Source: Octopus vulgaris (Eukaryota). Taken from it: a stretch of 64,000 nt of DNA. The DNA is taken from positions 112,344,001 to 112,408,000 of the forward strand of contig OX597819.1 of the NCBI GenBank assembly GCA_951406725.2, given 5' to 3'. The number at the start of each line of letters is the position of its first letter. The stretch's first letter is position 1. This document shows positions 25,463 to 39,064 of this stretch, piece by piece. The translations under genes and the position numbers were made by a program. The notes under the pieces were generated by a model that worked only from the letters and a program-made list of their open reading frames with translations, made no database searches and had not been told where the DNA came from.

Positions 25463-27221
25463 GATTGGTTTATGTCCCTGTAACTTAGCAGTTCAACAAA
25501 AGAGATTGATAGAATAAGTACTAGGCTTACAAAGAATAAGTCCTGGGGTCGATTTTCTTTACTAAAGGCGGTGCTCCAGTATGGCCACTGTCAAATGACT
25601 TAAACAAGAATATATATATATATATAAGGACACTGTAGATAACATGGTCTTAGATATATCATTAAATGTGATGGTCATGGCTGAATCATTTAACTATGTC
25701 TGCTTGATCAGAGATGACTTACATTAAACAACAACAGCAACCACTTTGACAATCAATAATTACAACAAGTGTTCAAACCATGCCAGCATGGAGAATGGAC
25801 ATTAAATAATGATGATGACGATGATGTTAATTGGTCATAATGATCATCCTCTTAAGGAAGAAGGAACTCAACAGCAACCAGCTTTAAAATATGCAGTTCA
25901 AAAAAAAAAAACAGCTCTTGGAAATATTTCATTGTATATTTAGAGGAGAACACTTTGTTTTCACATTTCACAGCATAACAAACTGTTGGGAATTAGTGCC
26001 AGGTCTTTTGGGAACCTATCTAAATATTTTCATTGCCAGAATTGTCAGAGTATCAGACAAAATGCCATGTAACAAATAACAGCCTTTTATGCTCTGAGTT
26101 CAAATTCCATTGAAACCATTTTAGCATTTCATCCCATTTAATCCTTTCAATGTTGATTAAATGTAAATACCAGTTATGAACTGGAGTCAATGTGATCAAC
26201 TTATAGGTTTTCTGTAATTTTCTGCCAATGTTAGAAATCAAAATTTATATATTAGTTACTCTGAAGAAGACAAGAAGTGGATGGATTAACCTGTAGCTCT
26301 TTTAAGGCTAATTAGGCTAGGGAGGTGAAAAGCTGAGAGGGCTTGATGTTGGTTGGGTAGGGGATACAGCCAATGTTGAGTTACTTTATACTGAATTCAT
26401 GTGGAAACAGAGTCTATCATAGCCTTATGCATTCTCCCCAACCATATGAGACACAGTTTAAATTTTTACACCTGAATCACCATCACTTGTATTTTTGCAT
26501 ATCATCATTCGTCTTTGAAAAGAAAAGATCTGTTGTTACAGCTGTTGTTTGGCCTCAGCTCAGCTCTGACTGAATAGATTTATGATTAAAGATATTCCAG
26601 CTATGACTAACCAGTGGTTTCTGTTTTTTCTTTCATTCATCAATTTCAAACCTGAACACAGAAGATCTTTTATTTTTTACTTGTTTCAGTCATTGGATTG
26701 CAACCATGCTGGAGCACTGACTTAAAGGGTTTAGTTAAATAAATCAACCCCAGTACTTTATGTCTTTGTTTAGTGTTTAAAGTCTGTACTTAATTTATCA
26801 GTCATTTTTGCTGACCTACTAAGTTATGAGGATATAAACAAACCAACAACGGTTGTCAGGTAGTGGGAGAGGGAGTGGCCAACACAAAAGCACACACACA
26901 ATCACCACCACCTACACACACACACACAACCACCACTACCTACACACACACACAGAATCTCCATCTAATAACTTCACTCACAAGGCATTGGTTAGCCCAG
27001 GGCTATAGCAGAAGACATTTGTCTAAGATGCAGAGTGAGATTCTTAATCACTCAGCCATGCTAATGTCTATAATACGTATAAAATGTGAACATGTGAAAA
27101 AAAAAGAAGAAAAAAAGATGATACAAGTCTGTTCTGCTCTGCTGGATGCATAATATGAAAGACAGAGCACAAATGAACTGAGGTAAAAACACGGCATAAC
27201 AAGGGTCAGATATAATATTAA

Positions 27222-27255
<34 letters not shown>

Positions 27256-27611
27256 GATTGAGGTAGTACAGAACATGTGATGTGTATGAAGAATGATAGT
27301 GGAGTAAAGAAGAGTCAAGCGGATGAAACATAATGAAGAACGAGAGCAAGGAATATCTGGTGAAAGCTTATCTCAAACAGACTCTCTCTCATCACCAAGG
27401 TGACAACTAAGAACTGCAACAAATAACGAGAGATGCTATGCTGAAGAAGACCCATCAAACCCTTGCATGTATGGACAGAAAATAAAAAAACAAAAAACCC
27501 AGACAGCTGATGATGATGATGCTGACAATGATGAGGATTATGACAATTATGATGATGATGATGACGATGATGATGGTTGTATCTGCGACTGTATTATCCA
27601 ATAGGTCCTAC

Positions 27612-28253
27612 CATTTTAAAGAACTTAGGGTTTGATTCGAGGGATATTCGATAGTTAATTCTAGTGGGTTGAGCAACCCCCGTAGAGATTCCTTCATTGG
27701 CTAGTAGTAGTAGTAGTAGTAGTACTAGTAACAGAAGCAGCAACAGTGGTTGTAAGGCAATAGTAGCAGAAGTAACAAGAAGCAGAAGGTGCAGCAATAT
27801 GCAACAGTAGAAGCTGTAGTAGTAGTGGTGGTGGTGGTGGTGGTGGTGGTGGTGGCAGCGGTGGTTGTGGTGGTGGCGGCGGTGGCGGCAGCGGCGGTGG
27901 TGGTGGCAACAGTTGATGCTGTTGTTGGTTAGCACCAGATCGGTCCTGGTCAAGCAGACATAGTTCGAAACACTCTGGGTGTGGCAGTCCCATCATTCTC
28001 CTGGACGAAGCAAAAGCCCACAAGTTCACTGCACAAGGTGTCCTTCCATTTGAAACGAGAGACCATGAATAACAAGTGACCTAGCTGCCATTTCTAGCAC
28101 ATCGATACATGACATAGCAGCTCATATGTCAGCTCAAAAGCAGCAGCAGCGGCAGTAGTAGTAGAAGTATCAGTGGTGGCAATGGTGGTGGTCATAACAG
28201 TAATAGTAGGAGGAGGAATAGTAGTACCAGCAGTGATCATGGAAGTAGTGGTC

Positions 28254-28303
<50 letters not shown>

Positions 28304-28400
28304 GGTGGTCGTCGTCGTGGCAGCAGTGGTGGTGGTAGTAGTTGTAGTAGTAATAGTAGTAGTAGTAGTAGTAATAGTAGTAGGTGTGACACAGTGCTAA
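27612..28400 (-). other. Candidate exon of the minus-strand transcript (mostly UTR-like, ends in AAAATG|GT)
   Basis: Acceptor cactaaaatatctttgcAG at 28402-28401; donor ATG|GTAGGA at 27611-27610; unique sequence interleaved with (CTA)n/(CCA)n. Confidence 0.45.
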
Positions 28401-28904
28401 CTGCAAAGATATTTTAGTGACCAAACAGTTGTTGAATCCATTATAAGCCTAATTCCCCACAGTCTAACACCACCATCCCCAACACCACCACCACAACAAC
28501 ACAGACAGACATCATGCACCCCATTGTCTGTGTGTGTGCAATGCATGTGCATGTATAAATGCATTGCATGTGCATGTGTGTGTGTTTATGTAACGACCGG
28601 CTTCCGTACAACAAAGGCTGCGCGTGCATGTGTTGCTTGAACGCGGCTACATTTATGTGTGTGTGTACATGTCATAAACATGGCTACATGCAACGAGTTT
28701 ATAAACACAGATGTGTATATGTACAGTGAGAAAAGGAAAAAAAAAAGGGGCTGTGTGTACATCCCTAAGTATCACTCTGTATGTGTGTATATGCGTGTGT
28801 TTGTGCATGTGTGTGCATTTGAGTGCATGTATATGTGTTTATGCATGTATGTTTGTGCATGCATGTGTGCTTGTGTGTGTGCATGCGCATGTGTGTTTGT
28901 GCAT

Positions 28905-29475
28905 GCATGAGCTTGTGTGTGTACAGGCTTGTGTGTGTGTACGGGCTTGTGTGTGTGTATGGGCTTGTGTGTGTGTGTGTAGGGGCTTGTGTGTGTAGGG
29001 GCTTGTGTGTGTAGGGGCTTGTGTGTGTGTACAGGCTTGTGTGTGTGTAGGGGCTTGTGTGTGTGTACAGGCTTGTGTGTGTGTACAGGCTTGTGTGTGT
29101 GTAGGGGCTTGTGTTTGCGCAAGGGCTAGTGTGTGTGTAGGGGCTTGTGTGTGTATACAGGCTTGTGTGTGCATACAGGCTTGTGTGTGTGTGTATGAGC
29201 TTGTGTATATGTATGGGCTTGTGTGTGTGTACAGGCTTGTGTGTGCATACAGGCTTGTGTGTGTGTATGGGATTGTGTTTGCGCAAGGGCTAGTGTTGGC
29301 ACAAGGGCTAGTGTTTGCACACGGGCTTGTGTGTGTATACGGGCTAGTGTTTGTGCAAGGACTAGTGTTTGTGTATGGGCTAGTGTGTGTACGGGCTTGT
29401 GTGCATACGGGCTAGTGTCCGGATGGGCTAGTGTCTGTACAGGCTAGTGTCTGTATGGGTTAGTGTGTCTATGTG
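28905..29475 (+). repeat. About 18-bp minisatellite GGGCT[T/A]G(TG)nTA derived from (TG)n
   Basis: Direct reading; unit drifts from ggcttgtgtgtgtgtac to gggctagtgtttgcac. Confidence 0.9.
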
Positions 29476-30327
29476 TTTGTGTGTCTACGGGCTTCTGTGT
29501 CTACATGCTTGTGTATCTACATGATGTGTGTACATGTTTGTGTGTACGTGCTTGCATCTCTGAGTAACAGTGTATATGTGTTTGCATGTGTGCAACAGTT
29601 ATGTGTGTATGTGTTTGCATCTATGAATAGCAGTGCATACGTCAGCATGGGAGAATACTTCTCTGTATATGAGCATCTATGCATATCTCTAGGGGGGAGG
29701 AGTGGTGTGTGGGTATGTGAAGGCAGATCAATTTCGATTTGTAACATTCAAAAATGTTTTGTTCACATTCACCCAGTCCATGACAGAGTAAAAAGAAGCC
29801 AGCCACATCAAGATTCAATCATACATTGACTGTAAGTGCAGGCATGCATGTGTATGTGTGTGTGTGAATATGCACATGAGCATGTGTTTGTATGCATGCA
29901 TGCATGACTGTGTATATGCTTATTTAGATATACATGTGTGTATGCATCTTTATATGTGGGTACGCATAAATGTTTGTGTATTTACATATTTGTATGTGCA
30001 TCTATAGCTGTTTATGCATCTGTGTGTGTGTGTGTATATAGTACACACATTCATGTAGACACATACACACACACACATATATGAAAAATACTGATGCTTT
30101 GAAACAATTGTAAAAATGTAAGGTATTATATGCATATAATTATCTATTGTTGTACTGTATTTTTTGATGTATTGTAGTCTTCTAAAATTTGTATCACGAA
30201 CCATATATACATAAACATGTATTTACATATATGTGTGTGTATATATAAATAAATATACACATGTATATTTATGCATATATATGGTTCGCAATAAAAATCA
30301 AAAAGACAATACAACATATTCATTTTG

Positions 30328-30375
<48 letters not shown>

Positions 30376-30519
30376 GTATATATATATTTTCATTTATACA
30401 TACATATGCATGTGTGTGTATAGCGCACTATACCATTATTAGTAGGATCCAATATATATATGTGTGTAAGTATGCACGTGTGAGTGTAGGAGTATACTAA
30501 TATTGTGGTGGTTGTTAGT

Positions 30520-31190
30520 TTTGACATACATTCTGTTAAGTACATTCTCCGTCTCTCATATGTGTATTGTTTCCTGTATTTTCCAAAATGTGTGATCATG
30601 TGAATGCATTGATAGAATTTTTACTTCACTGCTGTATTCCAAGCTGTTAATTTTCACATTTGCATGTTAGAAGAGTACCATTGTTGGTTTCTTTTTATAC
30701 TCACACTAGTATTCATCTATTCTTTCTGCTATGCTATGGGCAGCTTCTCCCATATGAGTTGAGGTAGTGTTCCTGCATTTGCCTTCCATATATTTCATAG
30801 GGTGCATAACATTTCTGGTTTTACAGTTTATCTTTGGATTCATTTTGCATATTATGCAATTGCTATTGGCATACATGGCTTTTATGGAAAAGATATATCT
30901 TAATTATCTGTAATTTAATGGACCCACTTAGCTTTTCAAATACTGTAATCTGAAGTTTTACTTTGCTTAATGCTTTCCTGAATTTATAGGTTAGTTCATT
31001 TATGGAAGCTATGTCAATAAGCATTACACATTGAAATTTGTCATTATACCATAAATGTGCAGTTTCTATAATATTTTTTTGTAAATTATTCGTTTAATAT
31101 ACACAGCAGTTTCCATTTCCATAACTTTTTATGATGTTTTCTCACTATTTCATGGCTCCTTTGTTCATTCTGATTCTGTCCTTTTGGACA
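30520..31190 (-). pseudogene. Degenerate Penelope-like element, GIY-YIG endonuclease end
   Basis: Minus-strand remnants KCRNTTSTHMGEAAHS (like C..YIGET) and HDHTFWKIQETIHI*ETENVLNR (like RKIKEAIHI...NR). Confidence 0.5.
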
Positions 31191-31993
31191 AGGATGTTTT
31201 TATAAGCATAAAAACTGTGAATATTAACTGCAAAATGAACTCAGCATGCATGCACACAAACATGCACATGTATGTATGTATGTATGCCTTCTGAGTGAAT
31301 CTAGCAGATGGAAACACACACACACACACACAAACTCACACACACATACAGATAAATAGACAGATACACAGACATATACGTGTGTGTATGTGTGTGTGCA
31401 CACACATGTGTGAAACTACATTCAGTAATTTTCATGAAAAAAAAATCATTGAGGTATGGCTGGTGTTCTCTGTTGCCAATTCCAGACCATCCAGTGAAGA
31501 AATCACAATTTTTGAAGATAAGTGAAATTAAAAACTTCCTCACTTAAAAAAGATTAGCACCAAGGAGTACATTGAGATGTGAAAACATTAATTCAACAAT
31601 AAGAATTTGTCTAAACCATGTAAACATGGAACATAAAATGCAATCTCACACACATGCATATACTGAGTAAATGGATCCTCCATCAGTTTCAACATTGAGT
31701 ATTGCAGTTTTCCAATGAAGAGAACTACCTATTCTGAGAATTACTAATAAGAAGCATGCTTTACAATGATGTAGCTTTTGGTTCAGACCCACAGTACGGC
31801 ACCTTGGATAGGTGTCTCCTATTACAACCTCAGGTCAACCTTGTGAGTGAATTTGGAACAATATGGGAGCCCATTGTGCATGAGTGTACATATGTATGAG
31901 AGTTTATGTATGTGCATGTATGTATGTGTGTGTGAAAATATGTGCATGTGTGTGTGTACAAGTATGTGCGAGTGTGTATGTGTAAGTATGTTT

Positions 31994-32054
<61 letters not shown>

Positions 32055-33968
32055 TGTGTGTGTGTAAGTATGTACGAGTGTGTGTGTGTGTAAGTGTGTG
32101 TGTTTATGTATCTTTGTACTCATCCCCCACCACTACCCGACAACCAAAGATGGTTTCTTGACACCCATGAAACTTAGCAGTCTGGCAAAATAAACTGATA
32201 GAATAAGTGTCAGACTTTAAAAAATAAGTTGTGGGACCAATTTGCTTGAATAAACCTGCCTAAGCAGTGCCCCAGCATGGCAGCAGTCCAATGACTAAAA
32301 TGAGTTAAAAATATAAAGGACAACTGTCAGAGTATTCCACTAACATCTATTTACACTCTTCAGAAAATCTTTGAGAAGAATTATTGTGGCACAGCATCTG
32401 ACATTATTAACCCTTTGAATTACAATCACAGATCATCCACTAACAGATTTTCACAACTTTCATTTCTTTAATTTCATTCACAAGGTTTTAGTCAATCCAA
32501 AGCTTTGCTAGATGACATTTGCCCAAGATGCTACACTGTGGGATCAAAGCCAGGTTCTTGTGATTGCAAAGCAAACTGCTAAGCCATTTGATCATCCAAG
32601 TATCATACACACACACACACACACACAATCATTATCATTTAATGACCACCTTCCATGGGTAGGGTGGTTTGATAGGTGCTCGCCAAGTAGAAGATTATAC
32701 CTGTTTTGGCATCGTTTTTGCGGTTTGATGCCCTTCTTAACACCAACCACCCAGCTGAGGGAACTGAGTGCTTTTTACATGGCCCCAGCACCGGCAGGGT
32801 CACAAAGTAACTTGCAAGACAAGGAATTTTGGGGAAGGAAGATGATCTTGTGTCAGATGATGAAAAGTTAGAGTGCAACAGAGAGACATGTAGGGCAGAA
32901 ACAGCAACTGCAGGACATTATTTTCTCAAAACCCAAGGCTCACAAGGCTGGTTACTCAGTTTCCATGGTTTATAAGTGACCAACATCACAATATTCTCCT
33001 TGAATAGGATGCCAGTCTGTCACTGAATTACTTATTTACAGCTGAGTGGACTGGAGCAACATACAATGAAATTTTCTGCTCTAGAACACAAACACACCAT
33101 CCGGTCCAGAAATTAAAACTGTGATCCTGTGATCATGAATGCAACACCCTAACCACTAAGCCACAAACCATCACACACATCTCACACACACACACGCACA
33201 CGCACATCACATCCACACAAAATCCATAGCACAAACAGGACTGCATATATTCATGTTCACACAAACACATGGATACACTTTATGCATCAGTGGATGTGTG
33301 TTAGTGCATACAGCACAAAATATCTGAATGAGTGCATTTAATGCGTTTATGGATATTGGGTGGAGAATGTCTGTGTGTCTTTCTATGCGGGTCTTTTTTA
33401 TGAGTTTATAACAGGATGGTGGGTACAGAGGTGAGTGAGAGAGCGCGAGTGAAGGATGGCAAGGGAAGAAGAGATGGGCAGAGGGGAGAGTAAAAGAAAA
33501 CTTGATAGTAATAGAGCAAGAGAGAGTGGGTGACAGAGAGAAAATTAGAGAGAATCAAAGACAGTGAGACAAAGAAGCTAAGGTGCATTTAACAGAGAGG
33601 GAGTGTGTAAATTAGAGAGAAAGAGAGGCAAGACAGAAACAGAGAGAGAGAGGAGAAGAGTAAGTTTAGAGGAGTCTGAATGAGATTGTGTTGATGAAAA
33701 ATAAGGAGAGAGAATAAAGAAGCTTGTGAGTATGAGGCAAAGAGTGAATGAACAAGAAAGGGGTAGACAGATAGACAGAAGAGGTATTTTAAGGGTTCAC
33801 TGAGCAGGGCAAGTGTTTTGAAAGGTGCCAGGTCATGAAGACCCATTTTTATTCTATATAAATTACTTTGATGGTGCATATGTGTTTGGTATTGTTTCGA
33901 GACTTCTTTTGGTATAAACACAATTATCTTTCAGGATAGAAAAATATGTATATGTATATGCATGGGAG

Positions 33969-33972
<4 letters not shown>

Positions 33973-34014
<42 letters not shown>
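33973..34014. repeat. (AG)n microsatellite
   Basis: Direct reading. Confidence 0.95.
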
Positions 34015-34019
<5 letters not shown>

Positions 34020-34713
34020 GTGACTATTTCTAGCAGTTTGTGTGACTCGGTAGTGCCTCCTTAGTTGACTCAACCTTCCCATTAATTGCAGATATTAGAA
34101 ATTTAGAACAAATTAATAAACTGTGGATGTTAAGGGTTAAAGGGAGCTAAACTCAAACGATATCCTTCAGCTCATCATACGTAATTATTTGCTATTTTTT
34201 AGCCCCAGGCCAGCCCTAACACAGCATACCGATGATCATAGATATTCCAACAATGACCATCTCATCCATCAAGGAACATTTAGGACTACATCATCTAACA
34301 TGCTTTTTCTTTGTTTAAGAAGATAGAGTATGATTTAATGGAGATTTGGTTGCATTTTCAAGCAGGTCAAAGAACCAGAAAGAGACAGACACTTGCCTTT
34401 CAATAATTATATTCTCATAACCAGAAGTGTGGAATTGAAATCTTGGAGTTAAATTCAGAAACAATTATTGGGTTGTTGGAGCCAGTAAAATTCTACTAGC
34501 TCCAACTAAAATGAAATTGGCAATGTAATCGTTAAAATTTCCAATTTCACAGATACTAATTTCACTATTTTCTAAGCTGAAAATAATCGAATTAGCTTAA
34601 ATGGTTCTATGGAGAATCTAGTAAAAACTATAATGTTTCAAAGAACAAGCAAATTTCAGTTACGGATTTTTTTTTATTTAACCCCTACCTTACTTCTAAA
34701 TACAATGGTTCAA

Positions 34714-34758
34714 CATAATAATAATAATAATAATAAGCATAATAATAATAATGATAAG

Positions 34759-34808
<50 letters not shown>
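34714..34808. repeat. (TAA)n tract, insertion target of the R4/Dong-like element
   Basis: Directly abuts the truncated 5' end at 34809. Confidence 0.95.
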
Positions 34809-34810
<2 letters not shown>

Positions 34811-36328
34811 GCTGGAAACACTATTAAAGACAGTTCATGGATTTACCAAAGAAATAGATATGAAATTTGGATTAGAAAAATGCGCCAAAGTAACCATGAA
34901 AAGAGGAAAACTAGTTAAGAGTAACAACATCACACTAGATAAAACCAATGAAATAAAAGAATTAGACCAAAGCCAAACTTACAAATACTTAGGAATCCAT
35001 GAACTAGATAAGACACAACACACACAAATGAAAGAGAAAATAAAAAAAGAATATTATAGACGAGTTAGATCAATACTAAACACAGAGCTCAATGCTAAAA
35101 ACAAGATAATAGGTATCAACACTTTAGCTGTCCCAGTTATAAGTTACAGCTACAATATCCTTAACTGGACACGAAATGAACTGACCAAAATAGATAGGAA
35201 AACAAGAAAAATAATGACAGGATCTAGGATGCATCACCCAAAATCTGACATAGAAAGACTATATATACAACGTATGGAAGGTGGTAGAGGCCTTATACAG
35301 CTGGAAAACTACTATAAAATAACCACCATAGGACTGCAAAAATATCTACTTCAGAAGGAAGGAAAACTGATCCAGATAGCGGCAAAACACGAGCAAAACA
35401 AAAAACTGTTCTCAGTATTTAAGGAAGCTGACAAATACAAACAAGAAATCATACCACCTAATAAACATGAAGAAGAAGAAGAAGATGAAGAAACAACAAA
35501 AGCTATAAAACAAATGAAATCCAAACTAAAAACAGAACAGCAACGAACCATGATAAAACGATGGCAAGAAAAGCCCCTTCATGGTAAATACTGCACTAAA
35601 CTAAACGCAAAAGAAATAGACAAAGAAAAATCCCAGCAATGGTTGAGAAGCTCAGGACTCAAAGCAGAAACAGAGGGATTTTTAATTGCAGCACAAGACC
35701 AAAGCCTCCCCACCAGAAATTACCAAAAACATGTAATGAAAAGAAATATTACAAGTAACTGCAGAATATGTGGAGATGGACAAGAAACAATAAATCATAT
35801 TATCTCTAGCTGCCCAGTCCTGGCTAAGAAGGAATATATTCACAGACATGACAGAGTTGGAACCTACATACATTGGAAGCTATGCCAACATTATGGAATA
35901 ACAACAGAAAAAAGATGGTATAGGCACACACCAGAAAAGGTCACAGAAAACGAGAAAGCAACCATACTCTGGGATATGCCGATACACACAGATAGAGAAA
36001 TTAAGGCCAACAGACCAGATATAGTTGTCAGAGATCATGAAGAAAAAAATGCTTTTTAATTGATGTATCAATACCGGCAGATGACAACGTGTCTCTAAAA
36101 GAAATGGAGAAACTCTCAAAATACAAAGACCTGGAAATAGAGGTAACTAGAATGTGGAATCTGAAAACAGAAACAATTCCTATCATAGTAGGTGCATTAG
36201 GCATGATAAAAAAATATTCAGACAAATACATAACAAAAACACCAGGACTTACAAACACATATAACATACAGAAAATTGCACTACTAGGCACTGCCCACAT
36301 CCTACGCAGAACACTTTCCATACAATAA
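34809..36328 (+). pseudogene. C-terminal RT/thumb, CCHC knuckle and RLE endonuclease ORF with one frameshift in the A7 run at 36043-36049
   Basis: MKFGLEKCA, YKYLG, CRICGDGQETINHIISSC, RHD, RPDIVV; one extra A restores EEKKCFLIDVSIP..KEMEKLSKYKDL..PIIVGALG..LGTAHILRRTL. Confidence 0.92.
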
Positions 36329-36447
36329 CCATCAGAGCATCACAACAAATCACAGCACATACCCAAGGCACACAGAGCTGCGCTCGGTAGTGAAGTGAAA
36401 GCACGCTATAAAAATAAAAATAAAACTACTGAATAATAATAATAATA
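34809..36447 (+). mobile_element. 5'-truncated R4/Dong-like non-LTR retrotransposon with restriction-like endonuclease
   Basis: Flanked by (TAA)n on both sides; ORF remnant plus ~100-nt 3' UTR ending actactg(aat)n. Confidence 0.92.
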
Positions 36448-36790
36448 AAATGCTCTGATGCAGTACCAGGCATTGGCTCCCATGGCTTCTGATCTTAACT
36501 GATTGGAAATCGTTATCATGTACATTGTTTTGTCTTGGTATAAAAGATGGGCTACAGCAAATATTCTGTTCAATACCACAGATTTGCTTGTCAGTTGTTT
36601 GACCTTTATCAGTTGAGCATGTCCCTTAGTGGCTGACGATATGTGCATCTCTGATCACGAGCAAAAGTAGAAGGGGAGCATCATAGCGATGTGTTGAAAG
36701 GAATTCTTAGAGGTTTCGATAATTCACCTTTGGAAACATGGGTGGTTTGTTCAACATCCTTAAACAATCCTTATGCAGGGACCTTTTGAG
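36448..36790 (-). mobile_element. Separate retroposon 3' end, tail-to-tail with the R4-like element, ending in (TTA)n
   Basis: Minus strand ends ...gcctggtactgcatcagagcattttattattattatt, sharing the TAA tract. Confidence 0.5.
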
Positions 36791-37889
36791 ACTAAGTACA
36801 CAGTTCAGCACTCTAGCAATTCTGCTAGCTAACTGTCTATATAACAATAATAATAATAATAATCCTTTTTATAATAGACACAAGGCCTGAAATTGTGGAG
36901 TTAGCGGGTAAATCAATTACATTGATCCTAGTGCTTAACTGGTCCTTATTTCATTGACTCCCAAAAGAATGAAATGCAAAATGGACCTTGAAGGAATTTG
37001 AACTCAGGATGCAAGGACAAAATACTTAATGGCATTTTGTTTGGCATGCTAATTAATGAGTGTACCCGATTGATGCCTTAGCAATAACAACAACAATACT
37101 ACTACTAATAATAACCCTTTCGCCTATAGACACAAGACATGAAATTCAGGGGACCACATATTCCATCGATCCTGAAAGGATGAAACATGAAGTCGAAATT
37201 GAACTCTGAGTGTAAAGACAGACAAAATGCTGCAAAGCACCTTCTCCATCATGCTAACAATTCTGCAAGCTTGCAAAAATAAAAATAAAAATAATAATAA
37301 TGATGATGATGATGACAACAAAAATACAAAAAAAAAATTTACCGGGATAAACTTCTTAGTCTTTTACAAGACAATTTTCCATTCTATTTAATGTAATCTT
37401 TCATGTTACATTCACTTTAATTTTATATTCAAACCAAGCTTTAATCTAATGTATCTATCTGAGTTGATTTCTTTTAAAATGATCATTTGTTAAGTTGCTT
37501 TAGGCATTCAATTTTTTTACTTCTAAATTTGATGTACTTCAGATTTTTGAAATGGTAAACAAAAATACTCCTGGGTTTTTTTTTATAGAATGTTTACAGT
37601 TTCTTTCTTTTAAAAAATACCTCATTTCTTTTTTTTTTTTTTTTTTTTTAATTTTGTAGGTTTTTGTCTTATCTTTTATCTTTTACATGTCTCAGTGATT
37701 GAACAGCAGCCATGCTGGGGCACTGCCTTGAAGGGTGGAATAGAACAAATGGACCCCAGTACTTATTTTTTAAGCTAGTAGTTATTCTGTTGGTCTCTTT
37801 TTTGCTTTTTTGCTGAATCAGAAATTTAAAGGGATGTAAACAAACCATTACTGGCTGTGAAGCAGTGAGGAGAGGGATATTTACAAATG

Positions 37890-37968
37890 CACACCACACA
37901 CACACATATATATGCGTGTGTGCGTGTATATATATATATGTGTGTATATATATAAGTATGTGTGTGTA

Positions 37969-38009
<41 letters not shown>

Positions 38010-38052
38010 ATATATGTGTATATATATATATATATATAAGTATGTGTGTGTA

Positions 38053-38092
<40 letters not shown>

Positions 38093-38345
38093 TGTATGTG
38101 TGTATATATATATGTGTGTGTGTATATATATGTGTGTATGTATATATGTGTGTATATATGTGCATATATATGTGTGTTTGTGTATATATGTATGTGTGTA
38201 TATATATGTGTGTGTGTATATATATGTGTGTGTGTATATATATGTGTGTGTGTGTGAGTATGTATATATATATATATATATATACAGAGAGAGAGAGATA
38301 GGTAGATAGATATGTATAAGCTTTCCACATTATACATATATACAT
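37890..38345. repeat. (TA)n/(TG)n compound microsatellite
   Basis: Direct reading. Confidence 0.95.
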
Positions 38346-38665
38346 ATAGGGAAGGCACATGGCTTAGTGGTTAAGGTGTTGCATTCACAATTGCGAGATC
38401 GTGGGTTCGATTCTCAGACTAGGCGATGCATTGTGTTCTTGAGCAAAGCACTTCATTTCACGTTGCCCTGCAATCATTTTTACACCTGACATGTAGTAGC
38501 ACCCATTGCTCCTGTACAGATAATGTCAATCTGCTAGAGGGAGTGAGCTATGTCTACACAAACATTTGATCACTATAAACAAATCAGCTGTGTCATCTAT
38601 GTCATCTAAAACAGGAGAGTCCATCATATATATATATCCCTTCTCTGGATCTTTCCTTTTCCTAT

Positions 38666-38700
38666 GTTTCTGACAAAGAGCTCCGCTCGAAACGCTAAAC
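38666..38700 (+). ncRNA. Degenerate minimal hammerhead ribozyme motif (Penelope-type)
   Basis: gttt-CTGACAA-a-GAGC tcc GCTC-GAAA-cgct-aaac; stem I gttt/aaac; two core deviations. Confidence 0.5.
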
Positions 38701-38795
38701 CTTCTTTCTTCCCTTCCTTCCTGAGCTTCCAATAATACTATATTTGTTCCACATCTTCGCGTTGTTGTGTTTTCTCTTTGTGTTTTCATGTTTGG

Positions 38796-38830
<35 letters not shown>

Positions 38831-38884
38831 CAAATTATGTTGAAAGTCAATAAAGTTTACTTTAGAAGTGTTGAGATGGTTCGA

Positions 38885-39064
38885 AAGATACAGATAAGGA
38901 AATAATTTTATTCTCAGATGCAGGATAATGCTAATAATATAGCATGGACAGGATAAACTATCCAAAATCTGTCGGCAGCCAATATGGATAGTTTATCCTA
39001 TTCATGCTATACTATTAGCATTATCCTGCGTTTGAGAATAAAATTATTTCCTTATCTGTATCTT
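38885..39064. repeat. Foldback palindrome, ~80-bp arms, ~20-nt loop
   Basis: aagatacagataaggaaataattttattctc... matches the reverse complement of ...gagaataaaattatttccttatctgtatctt. Confidence 0.95.

Noticed and set aside
27594-27953. 119-aa ORF with His-rich and signal-peptide-like Leu runs
   Set aside because: No in-frame ATG after the stop at 27995-27993 until the last exon codon; the hydrophobic runs are (CTA)n microsatellite
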